From: Mobula hypostoma
Taxonomy: Eukaryota
DNA length: 64,000 bases
Direction of reading: 5' to 3'
NCBI RefSeq assembly: GCF_963921235.1
Contig: NC_086108.1
Coordinates: 95,978,001 to 96,042,000 of the forward strand
Below, in pieces: positions 1-12,247 of this stretch. The notes below the pieces were generated by a model, which was given only the letters and a program-made list of their open reading frames with translations, was not told where the DNA came from and did no database searches. Positions within the stretch are counted from its first letter, which is position 1, and each line of letters begins with the position of its first letter. The position numbers were made by a program, and so were the translations under genes.

Positions 1-1010
1 GTAACAAGTTGGTAGCTCGTTGTTAATAAACCACCAATCTGCTGAACACTGACACAAAGTTTAAAAGTTTACAATACATGAAAGATTTTCTTTCTTGTAC
101 TGTATTTCAGTAAATAAAAGTATGTGATATTTCAATTTTTAAGTATGCACATTACAAAAATAAACATTTTAAGTGCCGGGCAGTTTTCTGGCTGTGTAAA
201 AATGTCCATCTCAGAGCAATGGTTGGTCTGCATGGGCTGTAAAAAAAGACTCAAGGGATCATTGCTGGGGATATTCCTAGAAACCATAGGGCAGTGAGTT
301 TCTCGTCAGTGGTAGGGAAGTTACTGGAGAGAATTCTTATGGATAGGATTTATCAGCACTTGGGAAAATGAGCTAATTAGGGAAAGCCAGCAAGTTGTGT
401 CTTGCTAGCTTGATTGAGATTTTTGATGAGGTAACAAGAATGCTTGATGAAGGCAGAACTGTCAGTGGTGTCTTAATGGATTTTAGTAATGTGTTTGACA
501 AGGGCCCTCATGGGACGCTCATCCAGAAGGTTAATATGCATGGGATCAGTGGTGATTTGGCTGTTTGGATTCACAACTAGCTTGCCTATAAAAGACAGAG
601 TTGTGCTCAAAGGGACTTACTCTAGCTGAAAATCTGGATTAATAGAGTTCCATTGGGATTTGTACTAAGACATCTGCTGTTTATGATGTATATAAATGAT
701 CTGGATGAGAATGTACTGTAGCTGGGTGGGTTAGTAAGTTTGCAGATGATACAAAGATTGGTGGTGTTGTGGATAGTGTAGAAGACTGGCAAAGAATACA
801 GAGGGATATAGATCAGTGGCAGATATGGGTGGAGAAATGGCAGATTGATTTTAACCCAGCCAGATGTGTCACACCTTGATAGATCAAATTCCAAGAAACA
901 ACATACCATTAAGGGCAAAATCCTTAACAGTGTTGATCAGCGAGATCTTGGGGTCCAAGTTTATAGATCCCTGAAAGTGGCTAACAGGTTGGTAGGGTGG
1001 TTAAGGCACG

Positions 1011-2418
1011 AAAGGTTCATTTATTATCAAAGTATTTATACAGTATAGAACTCAGACTCATCTTCTCCAGATTTCCATGAAACAAAGAAAACCAAGGAAG
1101 TCGTTCAAAGAAATACATCAACCTCCCTCCCCGCATTAAAAAAATTACACAACCACACCAAACGGCAACAAGAACATCAAAACCACAAACCCCCAACCCT
1201 CTCCCCTGCATAAACAACAAATCACACCAAACGGCAACAAGAACATCAAACCACAAACCCCCAACCCTCTCCCCCGCATAAACAACAAATCACACCAAAC
1301 GGCAACAAGAACATCAAACCACAAACCCCCAACCCTCTCCCCCGCATAAACAACAAATCACACCAAACGGCAACAAGAACATCAAACCACAAACCCCCAA
1401 CCCTCTCCCCCGCATAAACAACAAATCACACCAAACGGCAACAAGAACATCAAACCACAAACCCCCAACCCTCTCCCCCGCATAAACAACAAATCACACC
1501 AAACGGCAACAAGAACATCAAACCACAAACCCCCAACCCTCTCCCCCGCATAAACAACAAATCACACCAAACGGCAACAAGAACATCAAACCACAAACCC
1601 CCAACCCTCTCCCCCGCATAAACAACAAATCACACCAAACGGCAACAAGAACATCAAACCACAAACCCCCAACCCTCTCCCCCGCATAAACAACAAATCA
1701 CACCAAACGGCAACAAGAACATCAAACCACAAACCCCCAACCCTCTCCCCCGCATAAACAACAAATCACACCAAACGGCAACAAGAACATCAAACCACAA
1801 ACCCCCAACCCTCTCCCCCGCATAAACAACAAATCACACCAAACGGCAACAAGAAAAAGGGTGAAACACAGAATGCAATAAAAAATAGACTGAATCAAAT
1901 CAATCTGAACAATTTGACAGTTCACAACCCAATTCATAACTTGCAGAACTTCAGAAACATTCAACAACAGCATCGAGGGAAAGAAAGAGACCACTTGAAC
2001 GCAGAGGCTTTCCAAGATCCGTCACACGCCGACACCTTATCCAGCAGTAGCAAGAAATCGGTCACAGCAGCGAGCAAGGAGCAGGTCGCCAGCACTGACT
2101 ACCTGCTCACCTCTGCATTTGCCTTGATGTTTCAGTCACCCTCTTTGCTTTAATCGGCGAGAAATGGAGTTGATCGTGGACTTGCACTGTCTCTGAACTT
2201 CCTTGCCTCGAGTCCACTTGCGATCGTCTCACGGAATTTTCTTGGAGGCTGCAAAGCATTAGATCACTCAATCTCCAGACTGTAAGCTGCAGGCGCCAAC
2301 AGTTCCAGAAACACATTTAAGATTTTAAAAAACCTAGAAAAGGGAAATGAATAGTTCTGTGGACTATTTGGAAGACATTGCCTGAGGAAATTTTATTCGC
2401 TAGTGCATCTTGACTGGA
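1011..2418 (-). mobile_element. Non-autonomous retroelement with Rex1-type 3' tail, inserted in the CR1 and carrying a minisatellite
   Basis: Tail tttattatcaaagta at about 1020 (shared with 15810, 20650, 8580); minus-strand 5' end ccagtcaagatgc at about 2417. Confidence 0.6.
1120..1853. repeat. 68-bp minisatellite, about 10.7 near-identical copies
   Basis: taaacaacaaatcacacc recurs at 1211, 1279, 1347 ... 1823 (period 68). Confidence 0.97.
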
Positions 2419-2608
2419 TCTTTATAGTCGAGGCACTGAGTTCTAAAGATAGGAAAATATATTGCAGCTTTATAAAATACTAGTTGCATACAGTTCCAAT
2501 AACCCCATTATAGGAAGATGTTAAGGCTTCAGAGAGGGTACAGAAGAGGCTTACCAGGATGTTGCCTAGACTAGAGGGCATGTGCTATTTAATGAGAGGT
2601 TGGACAAA

Positions 2609-4125
2609 CATAGAATATAGAATAGTACAGCACATTATAGGCCCTTCGGCCCACAATGTTGTGCCGACCCTTAAACCCTGCCTTCCATATAACCCCCTCC
2701 ATCTTAAATTCCTCCATATACCTGTCTAGTAGTCTCTTAAACTTCACAAGTGTATCTGCCTCCACCACTGACTCAGGCAGTGCATTCCATGCACCAACCA
2801 CTCTGAGTAAAAAACCTTCCTCTAATATCCCCCTTGAACTTCCCACCCCTTACCTTAAAGCCATGTCCTCTTGTATTAAGCAGTGGTGCCCTGGAGAAGA
2901 GGCGCTGGCTATCCACTCTATCTATTCCTCTTATTATCTTGTACACCTCTATCATGTCTCCTCTCACCCTCCTTCTCTCCAAAGAGTAAAGCCCTAGCTT
3001 CCTTAATCTTTGATCATAATGCATACTCTCTAAACCAGGCAGCATCCTGGTAAATCTCCTCTGTATCCTTTCCAATGCTTCCACATCCTTCCTATAGTGA
3101 GGCAACCAGAACTGGACACAGTACTCCAAGAGTGGCCTAACCAGAGTTTTATAGAGCTGCATCGTTACATCGCAACTCTTAAACTCTATCCCTCGACTTA
3201 TGAAAGCTAACACCCCATAAGCTTTCTTAACTACCCTATCCACCTGTGAGGCAACTTTCAGGGATCTGTGGACATGTACCCCCAGATCCCTCTGCTCCTC
3301 CACACTACCAAGTATCCTGCCATTTACTTTGCCTTGGAGTTTGTCCTTCCAAAGTGTACCACCTCACACTTCTCCGGGTTGAACTCCATCTGCCACTTCT
3401 CAGCCCACTTCTGCATCCTATCAATGTCTCTCTGCAATCTTCGACAATCCTCTACAATATCTACAACATCACTAACCTCTGTGTCATCTGCAAACTTGCC
3501 AACCCACCCTTCTACCCCGACATCCAAGTTGTTAATAAAAACCACAAAAAGTAGAGGTCCCAGAACAGATCCTTGTGGGACACCACTAGTCACAATCCTC
3601 CAATCTGAATGTACCCCCTCCACCACGACCCTCTGCCTTCTGCAGGCAAGCCAATTCTGAATCCACCTGGCCAAACTTCCCTGGATCCCATGCCTTCTGA
3701 CTTTCTGAATAAGCCTACCATGTGGAACCTTGTCAAATGCCTTACTAAAATCCATATAGATCACATCCACTGCACTACCCTCATCTATAAGCCTGGTCAC
3801 CTCCTCAAAGAACTCTGTCAGTCTTATTAGACACGATCTGCCCTTCACAAAGCCATGCTGACTGTCCCTGATCAGACCATGATTCTCTAAATGCCCACAG
3901 ATCCTATCTCTAAGAATCTTTTCCAACAGCTTTCCCACCATAGACATAAGGCTCACTGGTCTATAATTACCCGGACTATCCCTACTACCTTTTTTGAACA
4001 AGGGGACAACATTCGCCTCCCTCCAATCCTCCGGTACCATTCCCATGGACAACGAGGACATAAAGATCCTCAGTAATCTCTTCCCTCGCCACATGGAGCA
4101 GCCTGGGGAATATTCTGTCAGGCCA
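2609..4125 (-). mobile_element. Younger 5'-truncated CR1 LINE (RT domain and 3' end)
   Basis: ORFs 3324..4094 (NYRPVSL, QHGF, DFSKAFD, GVPQGSVLGP, FADD) and 2773..3303; atagaat-type tail at about 2610. Confidence 0.93.
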
Positions 4126-4549
4126 TTATTGTGTTTTTCTGGAGCAGTGGAAACAGAGGGGAGATCTAATAGAGGTTTATAAGATTATGAGAGGCAAGGA
4201 CAGAGTAGACAGACAATACCTTTTTCCAAGGGTTTTAATTTGTCTAATACCAAAGGGCATGCATTTCAGGTGAGAGGAGGCAATTTCAAAGGAGATGTTA
4301 GAGTCAAGTTTTTTTTTAAATATACACACAGTGGAGAGTGCCTGGAATGTACATCCTGGGGTGGTGGTAGAGGCAAAAACATTAAAGACTTCTAAGAGAC
4401 GTTTAGACAGGCACATGAAAGTGAGGAAGCACATGGACATTGTGTAGGCAGAAGAGGTTAGCTTAGTTTGCCATTTGATTACTAATTTAAATGGTTTGGC
4501 ACAACATTCCAAAGGGCCTGTTTCTGTGCTGTACTGTCCATGTCCTATG

Positions 4550-4905
4550 TCGACAAGTGAAGTGTTGCAGTTTGGGAGGGCAAACCAGTGTAGTACTTAC
4601 TGAGGAGTGCCGTAGAACAAAGGGATCTGGGACTACTGATCAAGAATTCCATGGAAGTGGTGACACAGGTAGATAGGGTTGTAAAGTGAGCTTTTGGAAG
4701 AATGGTTTTCATAAATCAAGAGTATTGAGTACAGGAGTTGAAGTTGTAGAAGATGTTAGTGAGGCCAAATTCGGAGTATTGTGCAGTTTCTTATCAATAG
4801 GAAAGATATCAATAAGATTGAAAGAGTGCAAAGAAAGTTTACAGGGGTGTTGCTGGGATTTAAGGACCTGAGTTATAGGGAAATATTGAATTGGTTTGGA
4901 CTTTA
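4550..4905 (+). mobile_element. Degenerate CR1 ORF2 C-terminal fragment
   Basis: gtgaggccaaattcggagtattgtgcagttt and aagattgaaagagtgca motifs typical of the CR1 ORF2 end. Confidence 0.7.
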
Positions 4906-4964
4906 CAATTAAAACATGCATCTGGAACACATTATGGAAGTAATTGGAAAGATCAAACACTTAC

Positions 4965-5035
4965 CTCTTCACTTAAGGGTGAGTGCTTAACTTGCATATA
5001 AAATATTTGCAAATCCATGGCTTTTCTTTTATTTC
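4965..5035 (-). CDS. Candidate short linker exon of the long BET isoform (GNKRKAMDLQIFYMQVKHSPLSEE)
   Basis: Pyrimidine tract tttttactatgcttccttttaattgaag|GA, strong GAG|GTAAGT donor, 71 nt, open in phase 1 to phase 0, compatible with the 7038 donor. No recognisable protein homology. Confidence 0.4.
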
Positions 5036-6319
5036 CTTCAATTAAAAGGAAGCATAGTAAAAACTAACTAAAACCATTCAAGGTTTCTTCTACTCTGCTT
5101 CAAATCAAGCAAGAGTGTAGCTAATTATATTTGCACAATGCATTGTCGTCCATGTCCTGAGCGACCATTTTTCCCTCAATCATTTTCAAATTTACATCAG
5201 ATCTAACACAAGATAAATGATTTAAATATATTTATTGTGTGATCCATCAAATAGTCTAAACACTGAATGAGGAGAAGTCTACATACTAAATTGCATTTTC
5301 ATTGGACACATTTTAGAAAAAAATTACCACTTATCTGTACAAGGTAAGTTTGTCTAATGGGCTAATTGGCTCCTTTGCTATCTGTAATTAAATCCTTAAA
5401 TTATTTTGCAAAATCTCTTAGTGTCAGAAAACAGGATAAAATTAGAAGCAGTGTTTCAATCAGTGCTTAAGTTCTCATTTAGTAGGATTTAGGTCACAGA
5501 TTTTAGCTCCAGTAACCATACAAATGATGTAACAATTACAATTTCCATCAATGTACTCAAGTTTTAACTGTTCTTCTTGACAGAACAAGCTTATTGAAGA
5601 ATTACAAATACAGAATGCAAAAAGAAAATACTTGGAATCAAATGACTCCAGCAGAGGCCTAAATAAAACAAAAAAATCAGTTAGCGATGCTCTACCTGGA
5701 GAAAACACTATTTGCTGAATACTGCAGTAATTTATAACATTGATACATTAGTATCATAATATTGAATGGCAAACCCATCCTATTATAAAGATGATTATCT
5801 ATCCATATTGCAGATCAGGTGTGAGTAAGGAAGCTACAACACATTTACTAGAAGCTCAAAATCTGTTAAGAGATTATTGTTAATATTTGTGCAGCTCTGA
5901 AAATGGAAAAGCAAATGCACTACCTTGTGGTCTTTTTTTCTTAAAGAGATGATACAAATGCTCTGATCGTATAGTCATCAAAATACTACAATCATTTTGT
6001 TCCTGTCATAGACTACTCCCTGAACCACTTGCTGTAGATTACTCACTGTACATGGAGATCAGCTCTTCAATGTTCTGCCAGCCTATTTGCTTGCACCTAG
6101 CTGCTGTGTTCATAGCTGTATCAGCCATGAACACAGCAGCCGTTCAAAAAGTTCATAAGTGTTACAATATTGTGCTGAAGGTGTACCACAGAGTGAAAAT
6201 AATAAAATATCACTTTTAAGTGACTTGTCACAATTTCCACATGGTTGACTGTCTTTTCATGTCATACTAGGCACTTTGCTACAAAAAGAAAATCACAAGT
6301 TACAAACATACATACATAT

Positions 6320-6340
6320 TATATATATATATATATATAT
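6320..6340. repeat. (TA)n microsatellite
   Basis: Direct reading. Confidence 0.9.
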
Positions 6341-7007
6341 TGAACATAGAAGATTACAAAAATGTTAATGGTGAACTCCAGTTATTTTTTTAAGTCATAA
6401 GCATTTATATTTAAGGTTTTAGTCATTGCTGATTGATTGGGTGGTAAAATGGGAAAAGGCAAGAAATGCTAAAAATACAAAGCCAGTCATCCTGAACTTC
6501 TGAAGAGATATGACAAAGTCTAGGTAATACGTTATTTCATATGACAGGTGGAGATTTTAACTATGACCCAAGTTTCTCTTCAGAATTGCTGGCTTGATAT
6601 GTATTTTCAGAATCTGTAGCTGTCTTTACACATAAATTTGTTGCCTATTACAAAGTATACTCCAGTGCTCAAAATTCCCCCTCTGGGTGAAAACATTGAC
6701 ACATTTACTGGCTAAAGCATCGGATTTTTTAAAAAAATGACTTTTTTTTTTAAGATGGGGATATGACGGGCTTTTCCTCACAATATTTGAATGAAAGACA
6801 TTACAATGCAAGTACTGTATTGATGTGCACAAGATCTTTCTCAATCCCCCCCACTCATTATGGAATCACTTTCAGCCTCCAATGTTGTGTCAAGCAGGAC
6901 TGAAGTTAACCATTTCAGTTTTCGGTAATGACTCCATAATAAACATAACATTAAGAGTCACTGTGAGCAACAGAGGTGGGATTGAAGTGATTAAACATCT
7001 GACTGCA

Positions 7008-7013
7008 TTTATT
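7008..7013 (-). promoter_or_regulatory. Candidate polyadenylation signal AATAAA, 20 nt after the SEED-exon stop
   Basis: tttatt on + strand at 7008-7013. Confidence 0.35.
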
Positions 7014-7032
7014 TACAGACAGAGGTTGACAT

Positions 7033-7169
7033 CTAACCTGGTTCAGAATCACTGCTAGATGAAGAACTAGAGTCACTACTGCTGCTGTCACTTTCAGAGT
7101 CTGAGGAACTGCTGCTGTCACTTAATCTGGGAAATCCACCCCTTCCTTCTGCAGGATCGTTCTTTTGAG
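7033..7169 (-). CDS. BRDT: BET/BRDT coding exon: SEED Ser/Asp/Glu-rich region (RLSDSSSSSDSES...SSDSEP); ends at donor 7038 or reads to stop TAG at 7035-7033
   Basis: ttattatttttaacag|CT acceptor, phase 1, after an 87-nt intron; ends CCA G|GT TAG. Confidence 0.9.
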
Positions 7170-7256
7170 CTGTTAAAAATAATAAAAGCATACTGAATTC
7201 AAATATGAATGGCCTGAGCAGAATAATATTACTGCATTAGCATACCAAGTACATAC

Positions 7257-7376
7257 ATATTTTTGCTTGCTTCTTTCCAGAATTCAGATGTCCGGTCATA
7301 TCCTGTAATCTTTTCTCTAGCTCTTGTTTTCTTTCCAATTGAATTTCTTCCTTAGATCTTCCTCGTGCTTTCTTTG
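7257..7376 (-). CDS. BRDT: BET/BRDT coding exon: post-ET coiled coil (SKEEIQLERKQELEKRLQDMTGHLNS)
   Basis: ttgtgtag|CA acceptor, ATA T|GTATGT donor, 120 nt, phase 1/1; follows a 95-nt intron. Confidence 0.93.
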
Positions 7377-7471
7377 CTACACAATACAACACCATCAAAG
7401 AAATAAAAAGGAAAATAAACTACCCACCATTCTAAATAAGAAAATTACACACAAGAGAATTTAATACTCAC

Positions 7472-7764
7472 AAACAAGATTTTTTTGTTTCTTTCTTAGA
7501 CATGCCATAACATATCTTTCCAGTTCTCTTAGTGTTGATGGTTTTAAAGTTTCAAAGTCAATTTCTATTTCATCTGGATCAGAGTCTCTCAAGGATAGCT
7601 CCTTTGACTGTATTATGTGGACAACACGCCCCAGTTTGTCACCAGGAAGCTTATTTATGTCAAGACTCAGTTGCCTCTTTTCATCATAAGTCATTGGCTT
7701 AGCATTATCCTCTTCTTCTGAATCACACAAAACAGGAGCTTTCTGCTTCAGTTTCTTTGACTGC
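7472..7764 (-). CDS. BRDT: BET/BRDT coding exon: extra-terminal (ET) domain
   Basis: tatacag|G CAG acceptor (phase 2, matches previous exon), T|GTGAGT donor, 293 nt. [34 protein letters not shown]...[28 protein letters not shown] and LPGDKLG are BRDT-like rather than BRD2/3/4-like. Confidence 0.96.
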
Positions 7765-7847
7765 CTGTATAATTAAGTACATTCACTAGCAAAGTTAGCA
7801 GCTTTAAACAGTCCTCCTCAACATTTCAGCTAGAAATATTTAGTACA

Positions 7848-8127
7848 CAGTGTAGTGGTTAGTACAACGCTTTACAGTACAGGCGACCCAGGTTCAATTC
7901 CTACCACTGCCTGTAAGGAGTTTGGATGCTTTCCTCATGACTGTGTAGGTTTCCTCCCGGTGCTCCAGTTTCCTCCCACAGTTGAAAAGCGTACTGGTTG
8001 GTAGGTTAATTGGTCATTGTAAATTGTCCTTTGATTAGGCTAGCATTAAACTGGGGGGTTGCTGGGCGGCGTAGCTTGAGGAGCTGGAAGGGCCCATTCC
8101 ATGCTGTATCTCAATAATAAAAAAAAA
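7848..8127 (+). mobile_element. tRNA-derived V-domain SINE (HE1-like)
   Basis: Box A tagtggttag, box B ggttcaattcc, V-type core ggtttcctcccggtgctccagtttcctcccaca, CR1-like tail atgctgtatctc plus poly(A). Confidence 0.85.
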
Positions 8128-8618
8128 GGAGGATTTCGTGCCTAATATAGGAAAGATGTGGTTAAATTGGAAAGAGTTCAGAAAAGATTTATGATGTTCT
8201 GATCAGGTTTACAGGCCTGCATTAGACAAATGAAGGGCAACATTGAGAGATATTTGAAATTAGGAGAGGCATAAAGTGGACAGTAACAATCTTTTCTCTC
8301 CCGAGTATGAGAGTCCAAAATTAGGTAGCACAGATTTAAGGTGAACATAGAACAGTACAGCCCAGTACCAGCCTTTCAGCTTATTATGTTGCACTTGCTT
8401 GTATAAACCCACTTCACAATCAATCTAACCATTCCCCTGCACAGTCAATACCTTACATCCATGCAAGAAAAGTACTGTGTACGAGGGAAGTATAGTCCTA
8501 TTATTTCAGCTTCTACAACCAGCCCCAACAGCGAGTTCCAGGCATCCAGGCTGAGGTCAGTTCAACATTCAAAGTAAACTTATCATCAAAGTACGCATGG
8601 GTCATCATATACTTCCTT

Positions 8619-9352
8619 ACCAAGATGGCACTGGCGACCTCCAGCAATGCCTTGCAGGCAGCTCACAAAATTACCACATACTTCATTACATACATTTCTT
8701 CTGAACTGTGATCATTGCAGTCTGTACTTTAAGGGACGTACGTTTGAACAAACTGGTGATTTTGCGATTTCCTGGGAAATTCGGCGAACTAGACTCTTGA
8801 AAATGCATGTATGGCAGGGGCAGCCATCACTGGGGGTGGACACTGTATTGAGGCCTGACAGCGGAAGACAAACCTGTCCTTGGCTCCATTACTCTGCACC
8901 AATTGAAACATCGAACAAGATTAAAGTCACCAAGGCCGAAGGCAGAAGTTTTTAAACCTGCCTGCACTTGACTAGTCTCCCTCTCTTCTTGCTACTACAA
9001 TCAGATGGGAAGTGCAGGAGCCTTGGATCCCACTTGGTCAGGTTCGGGAGCAGCTGTTGCCCTAAATCCATCAGGCTCCTGGACTGGCTTCCTGTGTCTC
9101 TGTGCTGAACTATCTCTACAGCCGTGGACTCACTTTCGGGGGCACTGCAGTTTGTTCTGTGTGTTATTTAATTGTTTTTTAAAAAACTATTTGCGTGACT
9201 GTTCCTCTTTTACACATTGGCTGTGTGGTGGTCTTTTGTTGTGTGTGTTTTCTTGTGGATTGTATTTCTTTGTTTTGTGGCTGCCTGCAAGAAGATGAAT
9301 CTGAAGGTTTTATATGGTACATATACTTTGATAAAAAATGTACTTTGATCCT
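8619..9352 (+). mobile_element. Non-autonomous element with 5' CAAGATGGC and Rex1-type tail, nested in an oppositely oriented Rex1-tail fragment (about 8565-8615 and 9365-9610)
   Basis: ccaagatggc at about 8620; tail gcaagaagatgaatctgaaggttttatatggtacatatactttgataaaa at about 9290-9340. Confidence 0.6.
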
Positions 9353-9729
9353 TAAATGTTGAGCTTTAGGATTAATTTTCTTGCAGTCATCTGCAGGGAA
9401 ACATTTTAAAAAAAAAACTACATGCAAACAAACAACCAATGTGCAAAAGACGACAAACTGCACAAATAAAAATAATAGATAACATGAGTTGTAAAGAGTT
9501 CTTGAAAGTGAATCTGTCGATTATAATATCAGTTCAGAGTAGTGGTGAGTGAAATTATCTGCACTGGTTCAGGTGCTTGATGGTAGTAGGATAATAACTG
9601 CTCTCAGGAGGGGAAAGATTTAAGAGCACTGGGCAGCAGCATTTTCTATACAGAGGGTGATGAGTATATGGAATGAGATGCCCAAAGAAGTGGTTGAGAC
9701 AGGTACAATAGTATCATTTAAGATACCCA

Positions 9730-10055
9730 AGACATGCCCTCTTCACACTGTTACTGTCAGAAAGGAGGTACAGAAGCCTGAAGGCACACACTCAGCGATT
9801 CAGGAATAGCTTCTTTCCCTCTGCCATCTGATTCCTAAATGGACATTGAACCCTTGGACGCTACCTCACTACCTTTTAAATTTTGTTTTGCACCACATAT
9901 TTTAACTTAACCATTTAATAGACATACATACAGTATATATACACTTAAAGCAACTTAGTTTTTTTTCCTATTTATCATGTATTTCATTGTACTGCTGCTG
10001 TAAAGTTAACAAATTTCACGACATACGGCAATGATATTAAACCTGATTCTGAAGA
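9730..10055 (+). mobile_element. Rex1/Babar LINE 3' fragment
   Basis: ggaggtacagaagcctgaag...aatagcttctttccctctgccatc; tail aatttcacgacata...gatattaaacctgattctga. Confidence 0.7.
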
Positions 10056-10699
10056 TCTATATTCTGTTGCGTTCTTTGAAAGTCCTACACAATATTCACA
10101 ACTCTACCAATTTTTGTGTTAACAAACTTACTAAACCACCCTTCTACAGTTTCATTCAAGTCATTTTATACAGTATATCAAAAACTACAAAGGCCCCAGT
10201 TTTGTTCCCTTCTGATTAAGATGCATAAACTTAAGGCATAATGCTTCACATCTAAAGGATATTTAAATGCCTTTTGGTAATCACTTAAAATATGACAGCT
10301 GCAACCAGTTTAAAAGTGCTCAGGATGACAAATGTTACAATCTGTAACTGAAAGCAATGTAATTTACAAAGTTCCAGTAGAATTCTTCCAGAAAAAATCT
10401 CAGTAACCTGAACAATGAAATTAGAGCACAACAATTCAGATCTTTGTTCTTTTCCTTTTAACCCATTTCAATAATTACTGGAGCAGCAATATAATGTCAC
10501 TGCTTTGACTTCATATATTTCTTGTACGATGGCTTAACTTCATGACAAAAAGAGGTAAAAATAGCAAACTATTGCACAATAAACAAAGAATTAAATGTAA
10601 ATATGATCTAGATAGAAAATGAAATAAAGAAAAGAAATTGAAAATTGTTTGAGAGGGAATAAGGGACAAAGGAAGGAAAAAGGTCCCTGAAGGGGTTGC

Positions 10700-11128
10700 A
10701 GGAGAGCAGCACCAATCATCATGAACTCCCACCACCCAGGTAATGCTTCCTTCTCACTGCTGCCATTGGAAAGGTGGTGCAAGAGCCTCAGGACTCACAC
10801 TACCAGGATTAGGAATAGTTATAACTGTGCAACCATCAGGGTCCTGAACCAGAGGGAATAGCTTCACTTACCCCATTGACTGAACTGTTCCCACAACATG
10901 TTCTTGATGCTTATTTTTTTTTTAAATAATTATTTCCTTTTTTTCCTTTCTTTTTGCATTAGCACAGTTTGTCACCTTTTGTACACTGGCTGCCTGCCCT
11001 GTTGGTGCAGTCTTTCATTGCTTCTATTATAGTTATTGGATTATTTAAGTATAGCCGCAAGAAAATGAATCTCAGGGTTATACATGGTATCATATATGTA
11101 CTTTGATAATAAATTGACTTTGAACTTT
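10700..11128 (+). mobile_element. Rex1/Babar LINE 3' fragment
   Basis: Matches the reverse complement of the 20650-21050 tail (gcaagaaaatgaatctcagggtt...gtactttgataataaa). Confidence 0.75.
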
Positions 11129-11640
11129 TTCAAAATGTTGCAAAGTAACAAGAAGAGTTTGCTGATATTTTAAGAGTCAGTGTTGGGGTGGGTTATAAGA
11201 AGCACAGATGAACTGGCCATCATATATTGTACTATGGAGCTCCAGACAGATGTGCTATTAACATTTGTAATATTTGAAATACAGGACTAAGTTTCACATA
11301 TTTGATGTTTAGTGAATTTTTAAAAATGATTTAAAAGAAGGTTGGTCAATATTTTTATTTCATCATCAAATAGAGAATAATCTGCAGTCTCACCACAATA
11401 GAGTGGCTCCCAAGATTGCGGACTACAAGAAAACCTCTGTCCATGTGAGATGATTTCTGTTATGCTACATTTCTCAGTCACCATATTCAGTGAACTCTTA
11501 AATAATTCCAGCACTTCTGTCTGCACCACTGCTTGGGAACTCCCCTGTTCTGTATTAAATTAAATAGCACTGTTTCCTGGAATGGACGGGTGCAAGCAGA
11601 AGAACACAAGGTGGAAAAGTGTATTAAAATTTTACAGTAC

Positions 11641-11828
11641 CTGATTTCCAAAGTGGCTTTATTAGATTTCTTTTTCTGTGATTGCTTGGATTGTATTTTC
11701 TTCCATTCCAAATTTTTAGATTTATTTTTATCTTTTTTCTTCTTTTCCTTTCTGTCTTTGCTTTTTTTCTTCAGCTTAGAGAGTGGAATCCGTGTTAATG
11801 CTGCAAGCTGCTCATGTACTGCTTTCAA
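11641..11828 (-). CDS. BRDT: BET/BRDT coding exon: motif B coiled coil and Lys-rich basic region (LKAVHEQLAAL...)
   Basis: tatttctgccag|TTG acceptor, ATC AG|GTACTG donor, 188 nt, phase 0/2. Confidence 0.92.
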
Positions 11829-12247
11829 CTGGCAGAAATAATAGAATTAATCATAGTATTGACAGACTCTTGATAAGGTGAATTTATATTCACAGGAGGG
11901 ATTACTAAAGCTTTTTTGTAAACTTTCTTTAGTGTCTCTACTTAACCAACGCAGTTTCCTATAAATATATGCACTAATAAAACATGGCCAAGATGTTCCT
12001 GTGTGATGCCCACAACTTCCATTCTTAAGACATCAACCACATATCTGAGTGGCCTTGGAGGTCTGAAACTATGATTTGCATTATTTCTGTTCTTATTCAC
12101 TTCAGCAACACAGGATCGACCCCATCAAGACCAGGTGATATCACGAACATAATACAATCACCCCTTATAGTACTTTAGATACATCTCCAAGCATTGTACC
12201 AGAGTTCTTAAATAAATGTTGCTACCCTCCTCCATGTATAATTTTAG

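Larger units (their letters stand above)
250..4545 (+). mobile_element. Old degenerate CR1 LINE ORF2/3' end split into three pieces (about 250-1010, 2420-2610, 4130-4545)
   Basis: RT-like peptides (CLASLIEIFDEVT, MDFSNVFDK, FADD-like DNA near 740). Sequence resumes collinearly after each insertion and ends in a CR1 3' UTR (gggcctgtttctgtgctgtactg). Confidence 0.8.

Noticed and set aside
1120..1853. Regularly spaced repeat resembling a CRISPR array
   Set aside because: Units are identical end to end with no unique spacers; vertebrate context and no cas genes.
5924..5939. Possible 16-nt micro-exon (AAAAAAAGACCACAAG) joining a further exon starting at 5202
   Set aside because: Weak donor (GTAGTG), no homology and an early stop; the 5035-4965 candidate fits better.
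6465..6620. Loose inverted symmetry (ctgaagaga ... tctcttcag), and similarly 53105-53300
   Set aside because: Best explained as very old palindromic Penelope-derived remnants; too decayed to support an RNA structure call.
7848..7920. tRNA-like box A/B sequences here and at about 12475-12545 and 13465-13535
   Set aside because: They continue directly into SINE bodies and show no complete cloverleaf; they are SINE heads.
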